The notes under the pieces are model-generated. The model saw only the letters and a program-made list of their open reading frames with translations. It made no database searches and had not been told where the DNA came from. Shown here piece after piece: positions 1 to 13,097 of a DNA stretch of 64,000 nucleotides (the first letter of the stretch is position 1; each line of letters begins with the position of its first letter). Source of the stretch: Takakia lepidozioides (lineage: Eukaryota; Plantae; Bryophyta); the NCBI GenBank assembly GCA_030704615.1, contig CM060732.1:6510001-6574000 (forward strand). The letters are read 5' to 3'. A program made the position numbers and the translations under genes.

Positions 1-3000
1 GATGCTTTAAGCCGTGGGCGAAGTAAAGTCGCCCTGTTTCCTGCGCCGTTGCCGTCTTCTTGGTGGCGATGAAATGACCCATTTTACTGAACCTATCCAC
101 CACCACCATGATGCATCGAATCCTTTTGACAGCGGCATAGCAGTCATAAAATCCATCGAGACGCTTTCCCAAGTCCCCTCTGGAATCGGCAAGGGTTGTA
201 ACAGCCCCGTTTGCTTTTTGTACTCGCTCCGGTTTTGTTGGCATGTGGTGCATGTCTTCACATACTCCTCTGCCTCCTCCCTCAGTTTGGGCCAGAAATA
301 CTCTTTCTTCAAGAGTGCCGCAGTGCGCTTGGCTCCGCCGTGGCCCGCAAGCGGGCTATCATGGCATTCTCTCAAGAGGCTATCTCTGATCCCTCCCCCT
401 TCGGCACGTAGAGACGCTTTTGCTTATACCGGAGCAGTCCATTTTGCAAGTGGAACTGCGATTTAACCCCCATCTTCAAGTCCTGCATCACGGACTTCGC
501 CAGCTCATCCTTCCGGCAAGCCTTCCGGATCTTCCTTTGGAGCGCCGTCTCGCCCTTGTACACCAACAAGAGCTGCTGCTTTCTACTTTAAAGCATCGGC
601 TACCACGTTGTCTCGTCCCGGTTTGTACTGATATCCACGTCGAACACTGCCAAAGTATCTTGTCACCTAAGTTGTTTTGGGGACAACTTGGGCTGCATGG
701 CAAAATACTTCACCGTGACATTGTCCGTGAACACCTTCACTGGGTTGGAACCAACATAGTGGCGCCAAAGCTCAAGACATGCACCACCGCCTTCATCTCT
801 TTCTCGTGCGTTGGCCACCGTCGCTCCACTTCATTCAATTTCTTACTTTCGTAAGCCACTGGACGTTCATCTTGCATCAGTACACCCCCAATCGGGAAGT
901 CCGACGCATCTGTATGTATTTCGAACGGACGATCGAACTCCGGGATTTTCAAGACTGGAGCTTCCGCCATCCGCTGCTTCAATTCAGCAAAAGCTTGGCC
1001 ACACAAGGTGTTCTATACCCAGACTTTGGATTTACACAGAAGGTCTGACAACGGCCCCGCGATCTTGGCGAAATTTCTCACATACTTCCGGTAATAGGAG
1101 GCGAGTCCTAGGAAGGATCGCACTCCCGGGACCGAAGTCGGAGGGTCCCAGTCCAAGATCGCCCTCACCTTTCTGTCATCCATTTTGATCCCATCCTGTG
1201 TAATCACATGCCCCAGGAACTCCACTTTTATGACCCCGAATTCACACTTTGAAGCTTTGGCATACAGCTTCCCTTCTCGCAATTTTTGGAACACCCTTTT
1301 CAGGTGTTCTAGGTGCTCCTCCTTTGTTTTCGAGTACACCAAGATGTCATCGATGTACACGATCTCAAAGTCATCCAACCACTCCTGAAAAAGGCTGTTC
1401 ATCAGCGTGCTAAATGTCGCTGGTGCATTGGTGAGCCCAAAAGGCATCACCAAGAACTCAAATGAACCATACCTTGTCCTGCACGCGGTCTTCTCCTCAT
1501 CTCCTTCCGCCACCCGAATTTGATGATAGCCGGAGCGCAAGTCGATCCGGCTGAAATACTTCGCTCCTGCCAACCGATCAAAGAGGTCGTCGATCCTTGG
1601 CAAAGGGTACCGGTTTTTGATAGTCACCTTATTCAGAGCCCTGTAATCGACACACATCCGCAGCGTCCCATCCTTTTTATCTGCAAATAGCACCGGGGCT
1701 CCGTAAGGTGACTTACTCGGCCAGATGTACCCCTTTGACATTAGATCTTTGAGCTGAGTCTTCAGCTCGACCAACTCTCTGTGGCTCAACTGGTAGGGCG
1801 CCTTGGTAGGCGGTTCCAATCCCGGTATCACCTCAATCTTGTGGTCAACTCCTCTTCTCGGTGGCAAACCACTTGGTAAATCCTCCGGCATCACATCCTA
1901 GTATTTCTCCAAAATCCCCTTGATCCAATCTGGGCTCGGCTCCCCATCGCCTTCTCCCTTCACTTCTCTAATGTAGAGCAAAAACTGGGGCTCGTGTGCC
2001 TCCTCCACGGCCCACTCCCTTGCTGACAGAAGGTTTATTCGCCCTCCCACGGGTTTGGGCATTTCCGACACTCGTAACCTCGCCACCATTCCCACATGGC
2101 AGCGTGACTACTCTCTTGCGGCCATCTAAGACCGCTCCGGATTTGCTCAAAAAAATCATCCCCAAAATGAGATCCACTCCATCGATCTCGTAGATGGTGA
2201 AGTTCTCACGTCCCTCCCAACTCCCCAGTTGAAGAGGAACATCAAACGCTAACCTTGTCGCCAATTGCAGTTCTCCTTTGGTAGAACACACCTCAATAGA
2301 GGCCCCCACGTCACTTGTCGGGAGTCCCAGCTTTTGTGCCGTTGCCGGTGTCATGAAGGAGTGCGACGCTCCTGTGTCCACCAAAACGACACATTAGTTC
2401 TGGATATTATCCCATCCACGAACAATAACTGACTCCCTTTACGTAAGGCGCCAGTTTCCTGATACAACTCACAAGAAAATTTGCCTACCTTGCAAGTCCT
2501 GGCGACCACCGCTTCCACCAAGCGACTGATGGTATCTTCCGACAGCTCTGTGGTCGCCCGAGTCATGTTCAATTGCCGGGGCTTCGTGCACTTCTTGGCT
2601 ATGTGCCCGGGCTCCCCGCAATTGAAACACACTCCATCAAAGGTTGCCTTCTGTCCGCCATAGGCCGCTCCACCCGCTTTTCCTTTCGAAGCACCGGGTG
2701 CCGCCTTGACTTGCGATGGCCCTCCCTTCGATTTCCACGTGCCATTGTCGCCGCATGGCCTATCCCACTTCTTTTCCGGTCGGAAGGAATCACCTTCCCG
2801 CCGGTCTTCTTGTGGTTCAGCTCCGTACGGCCTTGTCTTTCACCCCTAGGGACATCTGAGAAACATTCAGCCCTCTCAATTGCCTCGTTCAAAGTCTTAG
2901 GTGGCTTCTCCTCCAACTTCCGCCTGGCCCATGGGGCCAGTCCCGCCACAAAGTTGAAGACCATTTCCGGTTCTGCCATGTCCGCGACTTCGAGCAAAAG

Positions 3001-3637
3001 CACATTGAAAGCCTGGACATATCCCCGAATGTCGTCTGTTTGCTTCAAATTCCTCATCTTGTCTTGGGCAAGCCAGGACGCGTTGAGGGGCACAAACTGT
3101 CTCTTCACCAATTCCTTGAACCCACTCTAGTTCAAGGTTTCCGGGCTTGGACCTCGGTCGTGAAGGCGTTTCTGCCACCATAGCCCCTCAAATAGGTGGG
3201 AGCCACTTCCACCCAATCCTCGTCACTCAACTTGGCCGCCCGGAAGTACTGCTCTAGCTCCATGAGCCAGGTGTTGAGTGCCTTCCGATTTCGGACGCCC
3301 TCAAGGTGCCGGGTTCCTTAGGCTTCACCTTAAACTTTGCCTTAGTGGAAGTGGCATTAGCCGCCTTCAACACGTCTTTCAACGTCCCGCCAAACTGCGC
3401 CAACAACCCCTTCCAAAAGGCTGCCGGCATGGGAGGCAACTCTTGGTTTGTCGGAGCTCTCAAGGATTCATCGGGCTCCGACTCCTCGGATTCCTCCTGC
3501 TCTTGAGCGGCCTTGTTTTCGGAAACATGCATCGCTTCCTCAACGGCCCGCCTCGGTGACATGTCGCCCCCATCGGGCTCACCAGGATCATCATCTTTTG
3601 GGCCGTTCCGCTTTCGCTTCGGCTTGCCCGACCCCAT
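1..3637 (-). pseudogene. Disrupted gag-pol of Gypsy copy 1
   Basis: Gag ATG at 3637. Domains are split over several ORFs (3254-3691, 2599-3111, 2351-2632, 1968-2384, 1013-1894, 737-1006, 372-569, 7-375) by frameshifts and by an in-frame TAG at 1898-1900, where copy 2 has CAG. Confidence 0.93.
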
Positions 3638-3678
3638 GATGAGGCCAATCCCAAGGACGATCGCGTACTGAACTCTAA

Positions 3679-3690
3679 GCTCTGATACCA
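3679..3690 (-). promoter_or_regulatory. Primer-binding site complementary to tRNA-iMet 3' end
   Basis: TGGTATCAGAGC on the minus strand, 2 nt inside the LTR end. Confidence 0.95.
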
Positions 3691-3692
3691 AG

Positions 3693-4417
3693 TGTCGCGC
3701 ACCTCACTTCGGTAAGCTCCCCCTCAAGTCATAGTTACTCGCTTTGATGCGCGCGCTTGACTCCCAACCTGGCCGCCGGGCCAACTTGGAGCTTCGGCTG
3801 CTCACCGGGGCATAATGGTCCCCCTTTGTTCTCCCAAAGAACCCTCCACCGATTTGGAACCAGCGGGAATTCCCTTTGGTAGTTGGCAGTCCGGAACAGC
3901 TCCCCACTCTTTGGTCGCTTTCCGCTCGCTCGCTTACTCACTAGTTTTTGGTCACCAACGGGCTTGCACCGTTCTCGGGATTACTACTCCCTATATATAC
4001 TTCTGTAGCTGTCCGCGGGGGTTTCACAACCAGCCATGTCATTTTATGGCGAACCACCACGAAAACCCTCGACTCCCGGTGATGAGTCGCGGTGAGTCTT
4101 GGCCCACTCACCACGGCCCCTATGGACCGTGATGAGTCCCAAGACTCCCCACGACTCCCACCACAAGGTCTCCGCCCCATGGTGAGTCCTATGCCACCCC
4201 CTAAAAGTCCCGCTAAGCTACCACCCCCCTTGTGGAGCCACCCCCACCGCAACCCGGTGTGCGGGGCTCCACCTAGTGAGCGCCTCCGCCTCCTTGAGTG
4301 CCTTGGGCACTCAAGGGTGCTTCAGTCCCCCCATACCTATCGTTGCCGCTGCCCCCACCACAGGGGCAGCCCCTCATGTGTCTCGACCCCCTGCCCTCAA
4401 GGCAAAGGGCCGCGACA
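3693..4417 (-). repeat. 5' LTR of Gypsy copy 1 (725 bp)
   Basis: Terminal inverted repeat TGTCGCG...CGCGACA; homologous to 40505-41007 and 56417-57142. Confidence 0.95.
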
Positions 4418-4655
4418 TGTACAATGCAATGGCAAAGTTTGAAAGCAATCAGAAATCGGCACATCAAGTAACCATTGGTTCATCCTGTGAACCATTTTTG
4501 ATGGATCTCATACTTGTCCGGTCCATGTAAGAGGGCATGTAGAACAAACTGGCAAAGTTTCAAATCATTCAAAATTTATTTGATCAAGGAATCTTTGGTT
4601 CATCCTTTTCACCATTAACGATTAATCACGAATAAATGAATAGACGAATAAACCA

Positions 4656-4925
4656 TTTGCCTCCCCATCGACGCGCTCACCCCTTAAGCCATTCCAGAAC
4701 TTAATTGAATTTAAATTAATTTGAAGCCAATAAATAGGTTTGCACTGCCTTTCATTGGGGGTTTCTGGCACGTATCGATTTTGTTTTTGACTCAATTTTG
4801 TTCTGCGGCTTCAAGCATCCCACTGCTACTCCCCCGCCAAAATTTGGACCAATCAAAAATGCCCCCAAAAAAAAGTGTTCTCTTCGTTCACTATTGCGAA
4901 ACTCTCTATGAAGAGTGCATGAAGT
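4656..4925 (+). repeat. Dispersed repeat with a diverged inverted copy at ~22270-22518 (possible old TIR)
   Basis: Collinear shared blocks TTTGCCTCCCC...CTCACCC, TTTTGTTCTG, TTGGACCAA and the exact ACTCTCTATGAAGAGTGCATGAAGT, found reverse-complemented at 22270-22294. Confidence 0.7.
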
Positions 4926-7900
4926 AGAACACAAATCGAGTTTCACTAGAAGCATTCGTGTCATTTACCAGTGGGGTAACGACTCATTTTGAGTCGTAAA
5001 AGTCAAAAAACCGGGATCGACTGGAAGATACAAACGACTAGTTACAACAGACGTGGAAGTTGGGTCGGACATCCAATGATTGGAGTGGTAAAGGACGCAG
5101 ACGCGCAAACAACTGCTCAGCGATTAATGCAATTAATGCTGAAGAACCACGTGGCGTAACCAGGCGAGCCGCCCGTGTGTCCGACCTTTTGGGCTGACTT
5201 TGACTTTTCCCTCCGGATGAGTGGACCGACTCACCGGCGCGCGGTGACACATGGATGCGGACGTGGACGACGATGTGGACGCCGACGTGGCGATGCCACG
5301 ACGAGCAGCACTGCTGCCACGTGGTAGTCGACCACATAACTTGCAGTGCTACATGCCTCCCAGTGGCAACTGCGACTGCAGAAGTCGGCTCAACCACTGC
5401 TTTACTACTTTAAATGAAGTGCTCGAAATTACTTGAACAATCACTCATAGTGGTTCATGCTTTGAAGTTTTGGTGTTTATAATGAGCCGACTAGTACGTA
5501 CACATGTAATGCCATACAAGAGAACTAATCATGTCATTAGAAATGCGAAAACAATGAAAGACATGCCATGAAACAAAACGAAATGAAAATGAAATGAAAT
5601 GAAACAAATGGTATTTTATTACATCTCAAGGCCTCGTGTAGGTAAGCTGCCAAGCAATTGTGATCCTCATAATGCAAGACTCAGTGACAGATTGAGTCCC
5701 ACGGAATAGACCATCTACCCATGCAGGTTTCTTGTAGCTATTGATCCACAGGGAATCATAGGTAATCTTGTGCTTGAAATCTGGCCCTCTTGGATGAATA
5801 TGGACCCACACTCTCTTTGCTCCTTCAGCTACACATGCCTATGCACAAATCATGCATTCATCCTTGCCTTGTTGCTAGTAGCTGACAATGACGGCCTAGA
5901 TTTATTCTAGGAAATATCCAACTCAGCTTCTCACATTAGTTCCTATGCTGAATGCATGTGCTAGTCAATGAAATGTAACAGGCATTCACTTTTTTGCCTG
6001 GGTTGTCCCATCATTGACTGGGGCAGAACAGTATTCATTCCACAACTTCTCCTCATCTCTGTTACTTGTTTTTTGATACTTTCCTGTTGTCACATTGGCA
6101 GTATCATGTCAAAGTCACTCCAAACTAGATTCACTTAACCAGCTAACTTGCAGAATGAAACATGGAAATTTAGGGCCGATTCTGATAAGAGGAAAAAACA
6201 AGGAAAAAAAAAGAAGGCCCTTCATTAGCAGTGTCTGATTTCTCACAAGTCATTCTTGTGAGGCTAAATATATGGAGGACAATTGTTAGCATACTCTTAC
6301 AGCGTTATTCAGTCTTAGGACATCTGTCGGGGAAATTGCCGCCGACTTTCCGTTTGTAATGGAAGAACATGGAAATTTTCTCTATTTGTCCTTCAATCCT
6401 TGACCGCTAGGGACAGTGTGTTTGATGTTTGCAAACAAAATGAAACCTCCAATTTCTTTCCCTTGGTACATTAAGAAATCGGCGCCGAATTCCACATTTC
6501 GAAACCTGTGTGACGTTGGGGTGGGCTCAACTTTATATTGATTCTGGGCGATTTGCGATTCCCTGGGAATTGGGTGCCTAATTCTGACATCTGACGTCAT
6601 GTCACTCCCATTCACTAAAAGCCAATCTTAAATGCATGTGGCCCATATCTGCCATTGTGTACTTGGCTGACAAGGCACCACAAGCAAAGCTCACATGCCG
6701 ATGAGTGTTCAGGTTGAATTCAGCGCCGACTTACCATTACACGACAATTCCGGAAACCTTTTTGCGAGCTTCAGTGAGTTCATATCAAGTTCTGAGAATC
6801 TTGATTGAATTAAAAGGTATTTGGACACTTTGAGGACTAATCGGCGCCGACTCTATACAAATGTATAAAAATTGTACTATCGGAACTTCTCACATGCAAA
6901 CTCTCAGTCACTGCTAGAGAATGTTTGGTTCATTTTTTGTTCCGTAAATAAACCCATCCGAACGCCCACAAGACACAGGCAAATCGTTCGTGAACTCAAA
7001 TTACTGCATTGGTACAACTTGCATAATGGTGTCCATCTAAGTTCATTTTTCCGTTGTCATACATCTGACATGCCATGTCATGTCACGTTCAAAGCTGCCA
7101 TACACTGGCTGCGAACGTCATGTATATCGCTGATATCTGACATTCAGTAGTTGCCGCATGAGTTTGCACAGGCAAACCTGACAATCCCAGGGCCACAACC
7201 CATGTGGTGGTCTGCCAAGCTTCTCTGACCATCCTGCCAAACAGGATTTTTCAAGCGTCCCTGCAGGTGGACGTTGGAAGCAAAAGTCAAAATAAATCAG
7301 TCCTCCACTCATGCTTCCGAACATCATTGTCTCTGAATGTTCGTCCCGCTCTGCCCCTATTTTCTTCAGTTCCCAAATTAGCAGGAGGATGTCTTCATGC
7401 GACAGGCCCTCATGCATTCGGCGAACAAGATGTTGCCGTTCGCAATGGCGACAACCACAAATGGGAGACATTGTGGTAGAGTTGCAATTTACAAGCGCAG
7501 GCAATACTCGCAGTGTCTCCCAGTTTCGAGCAGTTCTCGTGACTTGCAATGGCTCAGACCGACAAGCGGAAGAAAGTAGATCCTGGTTGTGAGGAAACAG
7601 TTATTAGAGCCCGTCGCCACCGCTCCAAGAAATGCTGACGCTGTAGCTGTGTAGGACTTAGCCATTTCATTTTCTCCTCTAATGCACTTGCTAGACAGCT
7701 AAGTTGCGTCAACCACTAGCAAGAAATGCAAAGTAGTAGGCTTCTTGGTTATTTCTTAGACAACCCGATATCTTAGTTATGGCTAAACAGAGTGGCAGAA
7801 CCCGCCGTGACTACTCACTGAGGGAGAGGTCGAGACATAGAATCGGCGCCATGGCACTTCTAAACAACGGAGCGTATGCGAAAGGTGCAGAAGAAGGAGG

Positions 7901-8024
7901 AGCTGCAGATGAGTCAAGAGCAAATCGTAAACAAGGTGCAAGAAGAGTTGCCCTTTTTTTACTGTTTCTCTGCCGGGATACAATGCAACTCCTGGGGAGC
8001 AAGGATGCACGCCATGGTAGCAAG

Positions 8025-8750
8025 ATGCGCCAAATTTCCAGATCAGGGCTCCGAAAATGGCCAAGTCCCTAGGGTGGCTGGCCCTGAACTGGAAATTCGG
8101 CGCCAGTTTTTTAGGTCAAGGCCATATGGGCTTAGCCATTTTCGGGCCGGACCTGGGAAAATGGCGCCAAATTTCCAGTCAGGGCTCCGAAAATGGCTAA
8201 GTCCCTAGGGTGGCTGGCCCTGAACTGGAAATTCGGCGCCATTTTTCCAGTTCTGGGCCCTATTGCCCTTGTGGGACTTAGCCATTTTCGGGCCGGACAT
8301 GGGAAAATGGCGCCGAATTTCCAGTCAGGGCTCCGAAAATGGCCAAGTCCCTAGGGTGGCTGGCCTTGAACTGGAAATTCGGCGCCATTTTTCCAGTTCT
8401 GAGCCCTATTGCCGTTCTGGGACAGCCATTTTCGGGCCGGACCTGGGAAAATGGCGCCGAATTTCCTGTCCGGGCTCCGAAAATGGCTAAGTCCCTAGGG
8501 TGGCTGGCCCTGAACTGGAAATTCGGCGCCATTTTTCCATTTCTAGGCCCTATTGCCGTTCTGGGACTTAGCCATCTTCGGGCCAAACCGGGAAAAATGG
8601 CGCCAAATTTCCAGTTCAGGGCTCCCAAGATGGCTAAGTCCCTAGGGTGGCAGTCACCGAAAACCGAATTCGGCGCCATTTTTCCATTTCTAGGCCCACT
8701 TAGATCCGCCCCAACCTGGGAAAATGGTGCCGAATTTGCAGTTCAGGGAC
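8025..8750. repeat. Tandem minisatellite, ~145-bp unit, ~5 copies, built from inverted sub-repeats
   Basis: CTAGGGTGGC recurs near 8070, 8205, 8351, 8495 and 8642. Each unit contains AAAATGGCGCCGAATTTCCAG and its reverse complement, and GAAAATGGCTAAGTCCC / GGGACTTAGCCATTTTC. Confidence 0.92.
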
Positions 8751-8775
8751 CTCATTGTGTTTTTCATGAATGCAG

Positions 8776-10160
8776 GTACTGCAAGTTCTCCCTTTTGGAG
8801 AAAGGTCATCTGTCTTTCGAGCCACCATTCTTCCTGGCATGGAGGAACCCTGGGGCTGACTCCATGTACACTGACGATATTGTGAAGGAGTGGCATCTGG
8901 AACATTTGCGTGATTGCCTTTGGTATGTGGACCTTCCGCCCGACATGCTCGACCCATCCGAGTTTCAATTGAAGCTGGATGCTGAGGCCCGACGAAACCG
9001 GGCTCCGCTGCCTCCGCTGGGTGCAAAAGAGGCAAAAGCGCTTGCGAACTCCAGGAAAGCGGCAGAGCTTGCTCAGGCAGGAATTCAGGAGAAATTGAAT
9101 GAGAAGAGTAAAGGCCAAAGGAAAAGGACAAGGAAACAGGTGAGTGCAGTAACACCCAAAAAACAGAAAACCATCGGGGCATCGGAGCAGGCGCAGGAGG
9201 GGACCCAAGAGAGTGACTCGGACGACGACTTTGTTCAAGGTCCTGCGACTGCTGTTGCTGCTACCCAGTCACCGGTCGTCCGGGTTCAAGTCAGTTCGGA
9301 GTGGGACTGGCTCTGCCAAGAAGTTGGCATTTGAGGGCGAGCCTACACGGCGGTATTCGGCGGTGACGTTTACGCACAGGCCAAAGCTAGAACCTCCAAC
9401 CATCATCCAATGCGTCAATGAGAGCTTCCTTGACGCTCTCGCTGCAAGGGCGAAGAAGGGGGGTAGATTTTTGACTCCTAGATTCTCTCACGCCACAACG
9501 CAGACGTTTTGGTTCTGTAGGCACGACATAATGATTTGTGTATTTGGCAAGCCCAAGTACGGGATTCAGGGAATGTCGGAGCCTCTCGACGTCCGGCCTG
9601 TTGCACCAGGTTGCAACCTCTCTCAGAATGAGGCGGATGCTCTTTCTGCAGCAAGATTTCAAATGGTGCAACGCACAGACGTCCCGGCCCACCCATTTCC
9701 AGTTCCTCAGACCCAACCATTGCAGACTGCTCGGTCCAGTAAAGACAGATTGGACAATTCTGCACATCCCACAATGCGATTCGGAAGAGTGAAGAGACGA
9801 CACCCTCCCAACAAGTTGAATGAGACTCGGATTGCCAATGCTCTTGGGATGACTTGCACTATTCAGAGCTCTCGGGACGTACCCGCACCCGGCCTTGGGC
9901 ATGTTTATTGGATGGCAACGGCCGGCTCAGCTGTACGCGACGACGTATACACAATTACAATCGGAGTGGAGCCGACCTGCAATTGTACAGACTTCTCGTT
10001 GATGGAAGCAAAGAAGGGGACAAAGTATTATCCGTGCAAGCATCTATATTACATTTACCTGAAGAGGTTGAGGATGAACTGATGACTTTGTACATGCACC
10101 AGCGTTCAGCGTGAACGAGCTGCACAAACTCCTCGGCAGGGATTCCAGAAATCATTGATG
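8776..10160 (+). pseudogene. SWIM zinc-finger protein, frameshifted; probably transposon-associated
   Basis: YTITIGVEPTCNCTDF...YYPCKHLYYIY fits the SWIM pattern CxC-xn-CxH. Frameshift near 9280 and stop/frameshift near 10080. Candidate splice acceptor TGCAG ending at 8775. Confidence 0.75.
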
Positions 10161-10957
10161 GGGCAAAGGGAATCCACCATATGGATATTTGCAATTGCAT
10201 TTTTATGCATTAGACTTTGTTTTGCAGTGTAATGAAATGCACCCCAAAACTCTTGGAATGAGAGAGGCAATATTAAAGTAATCTCTTTCAAACACATTAT
10301 GGACTTCTGGATATCCGTTGATGTCCAGTGGCAGTTTAATGTCGAAACGGAATCCATAATAAGATGGCGGCAGGAAAATTTTGCAGATCTTCCAGAACAC
10401 TGAGTTCCAATAGTAGCAGTTGTGGGGCCCATTTCTGGAAATATGGCGCCGAATTTCCCTATTTTGGGCCGAAAACTGGCTAAGTCCCAACATGTACGGG
10501 AACGATGTCTAGAAAAATGGCGCCAAATTTCCAGTTACATGGCCCAGAACTCCCAATATCTATGTAATCCTTGGCACCATCTCCCGAAATTTCACGCCAC
10601 ATTTCCAAATTTTGGGATAACACACTTGGCATGATGGGACCTATAGCTGCGAAATTCGGCACCATTTTTCGGCAGAGGCACCTATTACCGCGAAATACGT
10701 CACAATTTTTACAGATGTTGCTCGGAATTTCCATGAGCACAGGACGAAATATCATGAGCACGGCTCCCAAAACTTCAATTTCAGCTTCAAACAATGAATA
10801 TTCTATTATTTTTGTTCTGACACATTTCATTAAAATATTTTTTTAAATATTTTTTATTTCCAAAATTTGTACTTCTGCTCATGAAAACCGATTGTCTTAC
10901 TACTCCACTCATGCCGCTCATGCCGCTCATGCTCATGAAATAGCTAACCTCCCCTAG

Positions 10958-12056
10958 TCAATATGTGAAGGAAGCCAGTTTGCTTGTTTTGTTTTGTCAC
11001 GTTGAGATGTCTCAAACCGCGAGGCCCCAGCCCTGGTGCTTGGTACCATTGGAAAACCCTCGACGAGGAGGGGTGCACGGGCTTGGTCTCATGATTTTGG
11101 ACTTGTGGTGTGGGAGATGTGGAATTTCAAGTACTTTTGGTCGCTGGAAATTCACGAAAAATAGCAAAGTGGGCATTCATGGGACAATGGTTGGAGCCTC
11201 GACAAGACATATATCAAGGGAAAGGTCTCCGGTTCAAATCTGGTCGTAGGCTCGGGGAAAAAAAATGCATTTGGACTTAGATGACAGTGGACCCTTGGGC
11301 CAACGGCACATGCTACCCTAGAGGTCGCATTTGAGCCTCGACATAGGAGATGCACTTTGATACATAGGGGATTGCACTTGGGCTTAGATGACACTGGACA
11401 CTTGGGCCAACGGCACAGGCTTGGAGCCTCGACAGGAGATATATCAATAATTATTGGATATATTACTACTCAATAAATTAATGGAAAAAATAAAATTGGG
11501 TCTTGATATGGGAGAGGTACTTGGATACATAGGAGATTGCACTTGGGCTTAGATTACATTGGACACTTGGGCCTCTACATGGGAGATGCACTTGGGTACA
11601 TGAATAGAAGATTGAACTGGGGCTTAGATGGGCCTCGACATAGGAGACGCACTTGGATTCGTAGGAAATTCCACTTGGTCTTAGATTTCAATGCTTCATA
11701 CATGGGCCAACGGCATAGGCTACACTATTAGAGGTCGCACTTGGGCCTCGACATAGGAGACGCACCGGGATACATAAAAAATTGCACTTGGTCTTAGATT
11801 TCAACTCTACACACATGGGCCAAAGATATAGGCTACCCTAGAGGTCGCACTTGGGCCTCGACATAGGAGACGCACCGGGATACATAAAAGATCTTACACT
11901 TGGGCTTAGATGACACTGGACACTTGGGCGAATGGCACAGGCTACCCTAGAGGTTGCATTTGAGCCTCGGCATAGGAGACACACTTGGATATATAGGGGA
12001 TTGCACTTGGACTTAGATGACCTTGACACTTCGGCCAACGGCACAGGTTACCCTGG
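10958..12056 (+). mobile_element. Non-autonomous Helitron-like unit (~1.1 kb)
   Basis: Starts TCAATATGTGAAG followed by (GTTTT)n. Ends with the hairpin GGCCAACGGCACAGG and CTGG|T (CTRR then T). Internal repeats of the hairpin-CTAG module. It is the reverse complement of 16287-17368. Confidence 0.72.
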
Positions 12057-12489
12057 TACTTGCTAAGAAACTGGCTGAAATATTGAAATATTGAAACACT
12101 TGCTGAAAATCTTGATTGAAATACTGAAGTACTGAAATTTTGTTGTACTAAAATATTGTAGTCATTTGAATCTGCTGAAATGCCTCTTTGCTTTAAAGTC
12201 TGTACATGGAGGGTATATGGGTACGCTGAGGGTATCAACACAGGTATCAATGCGCAGTGATTGCAAACTAGAGTGGACCAAAAACGGCAGATCATAAATA
12301 CATAAAGAGTACATAAAGGAGGATGTGGTGAATCCTCAACCATCGGATTTGCTTCAACTGACAATCTTGACTGTCTATTATTGACTGTTAAAACCAAAAA
12401 TTTCAAATTATGATAATATCAACTCATAAATGGACTCAAATGAACTTGTTACTTGTTACTTGTTACTACCTCGTTTGAGAGCCAACTCC

Positions 12490-13097
12490 AAAATTCTGGC
12501 ATGTGCATCATAGAAATTCAGCATCGTGAGGTTTCTTTGTGGTGAATGATGGTGGGCAAGTTGATTTGCAAAGACCCCAGTTGATGAGGTGCATCATGTG
12601 TCATTCTGCCACTCAAATGCGCAGCGAGGGGAGTTCGACCCGCTCTCAGATAAGCATCGTGACTTACAATAAAGAGCATGGCACAACAGCCATGAAGAAA
12701 CATGTCATTGACCGGCATGGAGAAGAGTTGTTGAAGTTTAAGATAGCCAAGAAGGCCGTTGAGGGTGGACGACAAAGTGCCAAGAAGCGGAAAGGTGTGG
12801 CAGCCGGGGCCATCACTAATTTTTTTGGCTCCCAAAACCCTGACAAGAAGGAAGATGAAGCCCAACAACGTTTCAATGAGGACTTGGTCTTGTATATGGC
12901 CAAAACTTACCTGCCTGTGTCTTCTGTTGAAAATGTTTGGCTCAGAAGGATGATGCTCAGACAAGCTGGGAGAGTTTGATTTCTAAACCGCAACAATTTG
13001 TGGAGGATCTTCTTCCTCAAATAGTGGCAACAACACTTGAGAGATATGTGTTACCATAGCTTGCTGGTTGTGTATCGGCTACAGGTACGTTCGATCT
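12490..13097 (+). pseudogene. hAT transposase N-terminal fragment (BED zinc finger to first catalytic Asp)
   Basis: MRCIMCH...GTTAMKKHVIDRH (BED finger); EDLVLYMAKTYLPVSSVENVWLRRMM; ends at ...SATGTFDL, the D of the hAT DLW motif. Contains stops and is truncated at the LINE junction. Confidence 0.85.

Larger units (their letters stand above)
1..4417 (-). mobile_element. Ty3/Gypsy LTR retrotransposon, copy 1 (chromovirus-like RT); 5' LTR plus gag-pol, 3' part runs off the window
   Basis: Minus-strand order is LTR, PBS, gag, CCHC knuckle (CFNCGEPGHIAKKC), protease (DTGASHSF), RT ([23 protein letters not shown]), RNase H (TDAS) and integrase H2C2 (HDSPLAGH...CTTC). The RT-RH-INT order is Gypsy. 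Confidence 0.97.

Noticed and set aside
8339-8775. Repetitive N-terminus of the 331-aa ORF as real protein
   Set aside because: It is translation through the palindromic minisatellite; similar ORFs appear on both strands.
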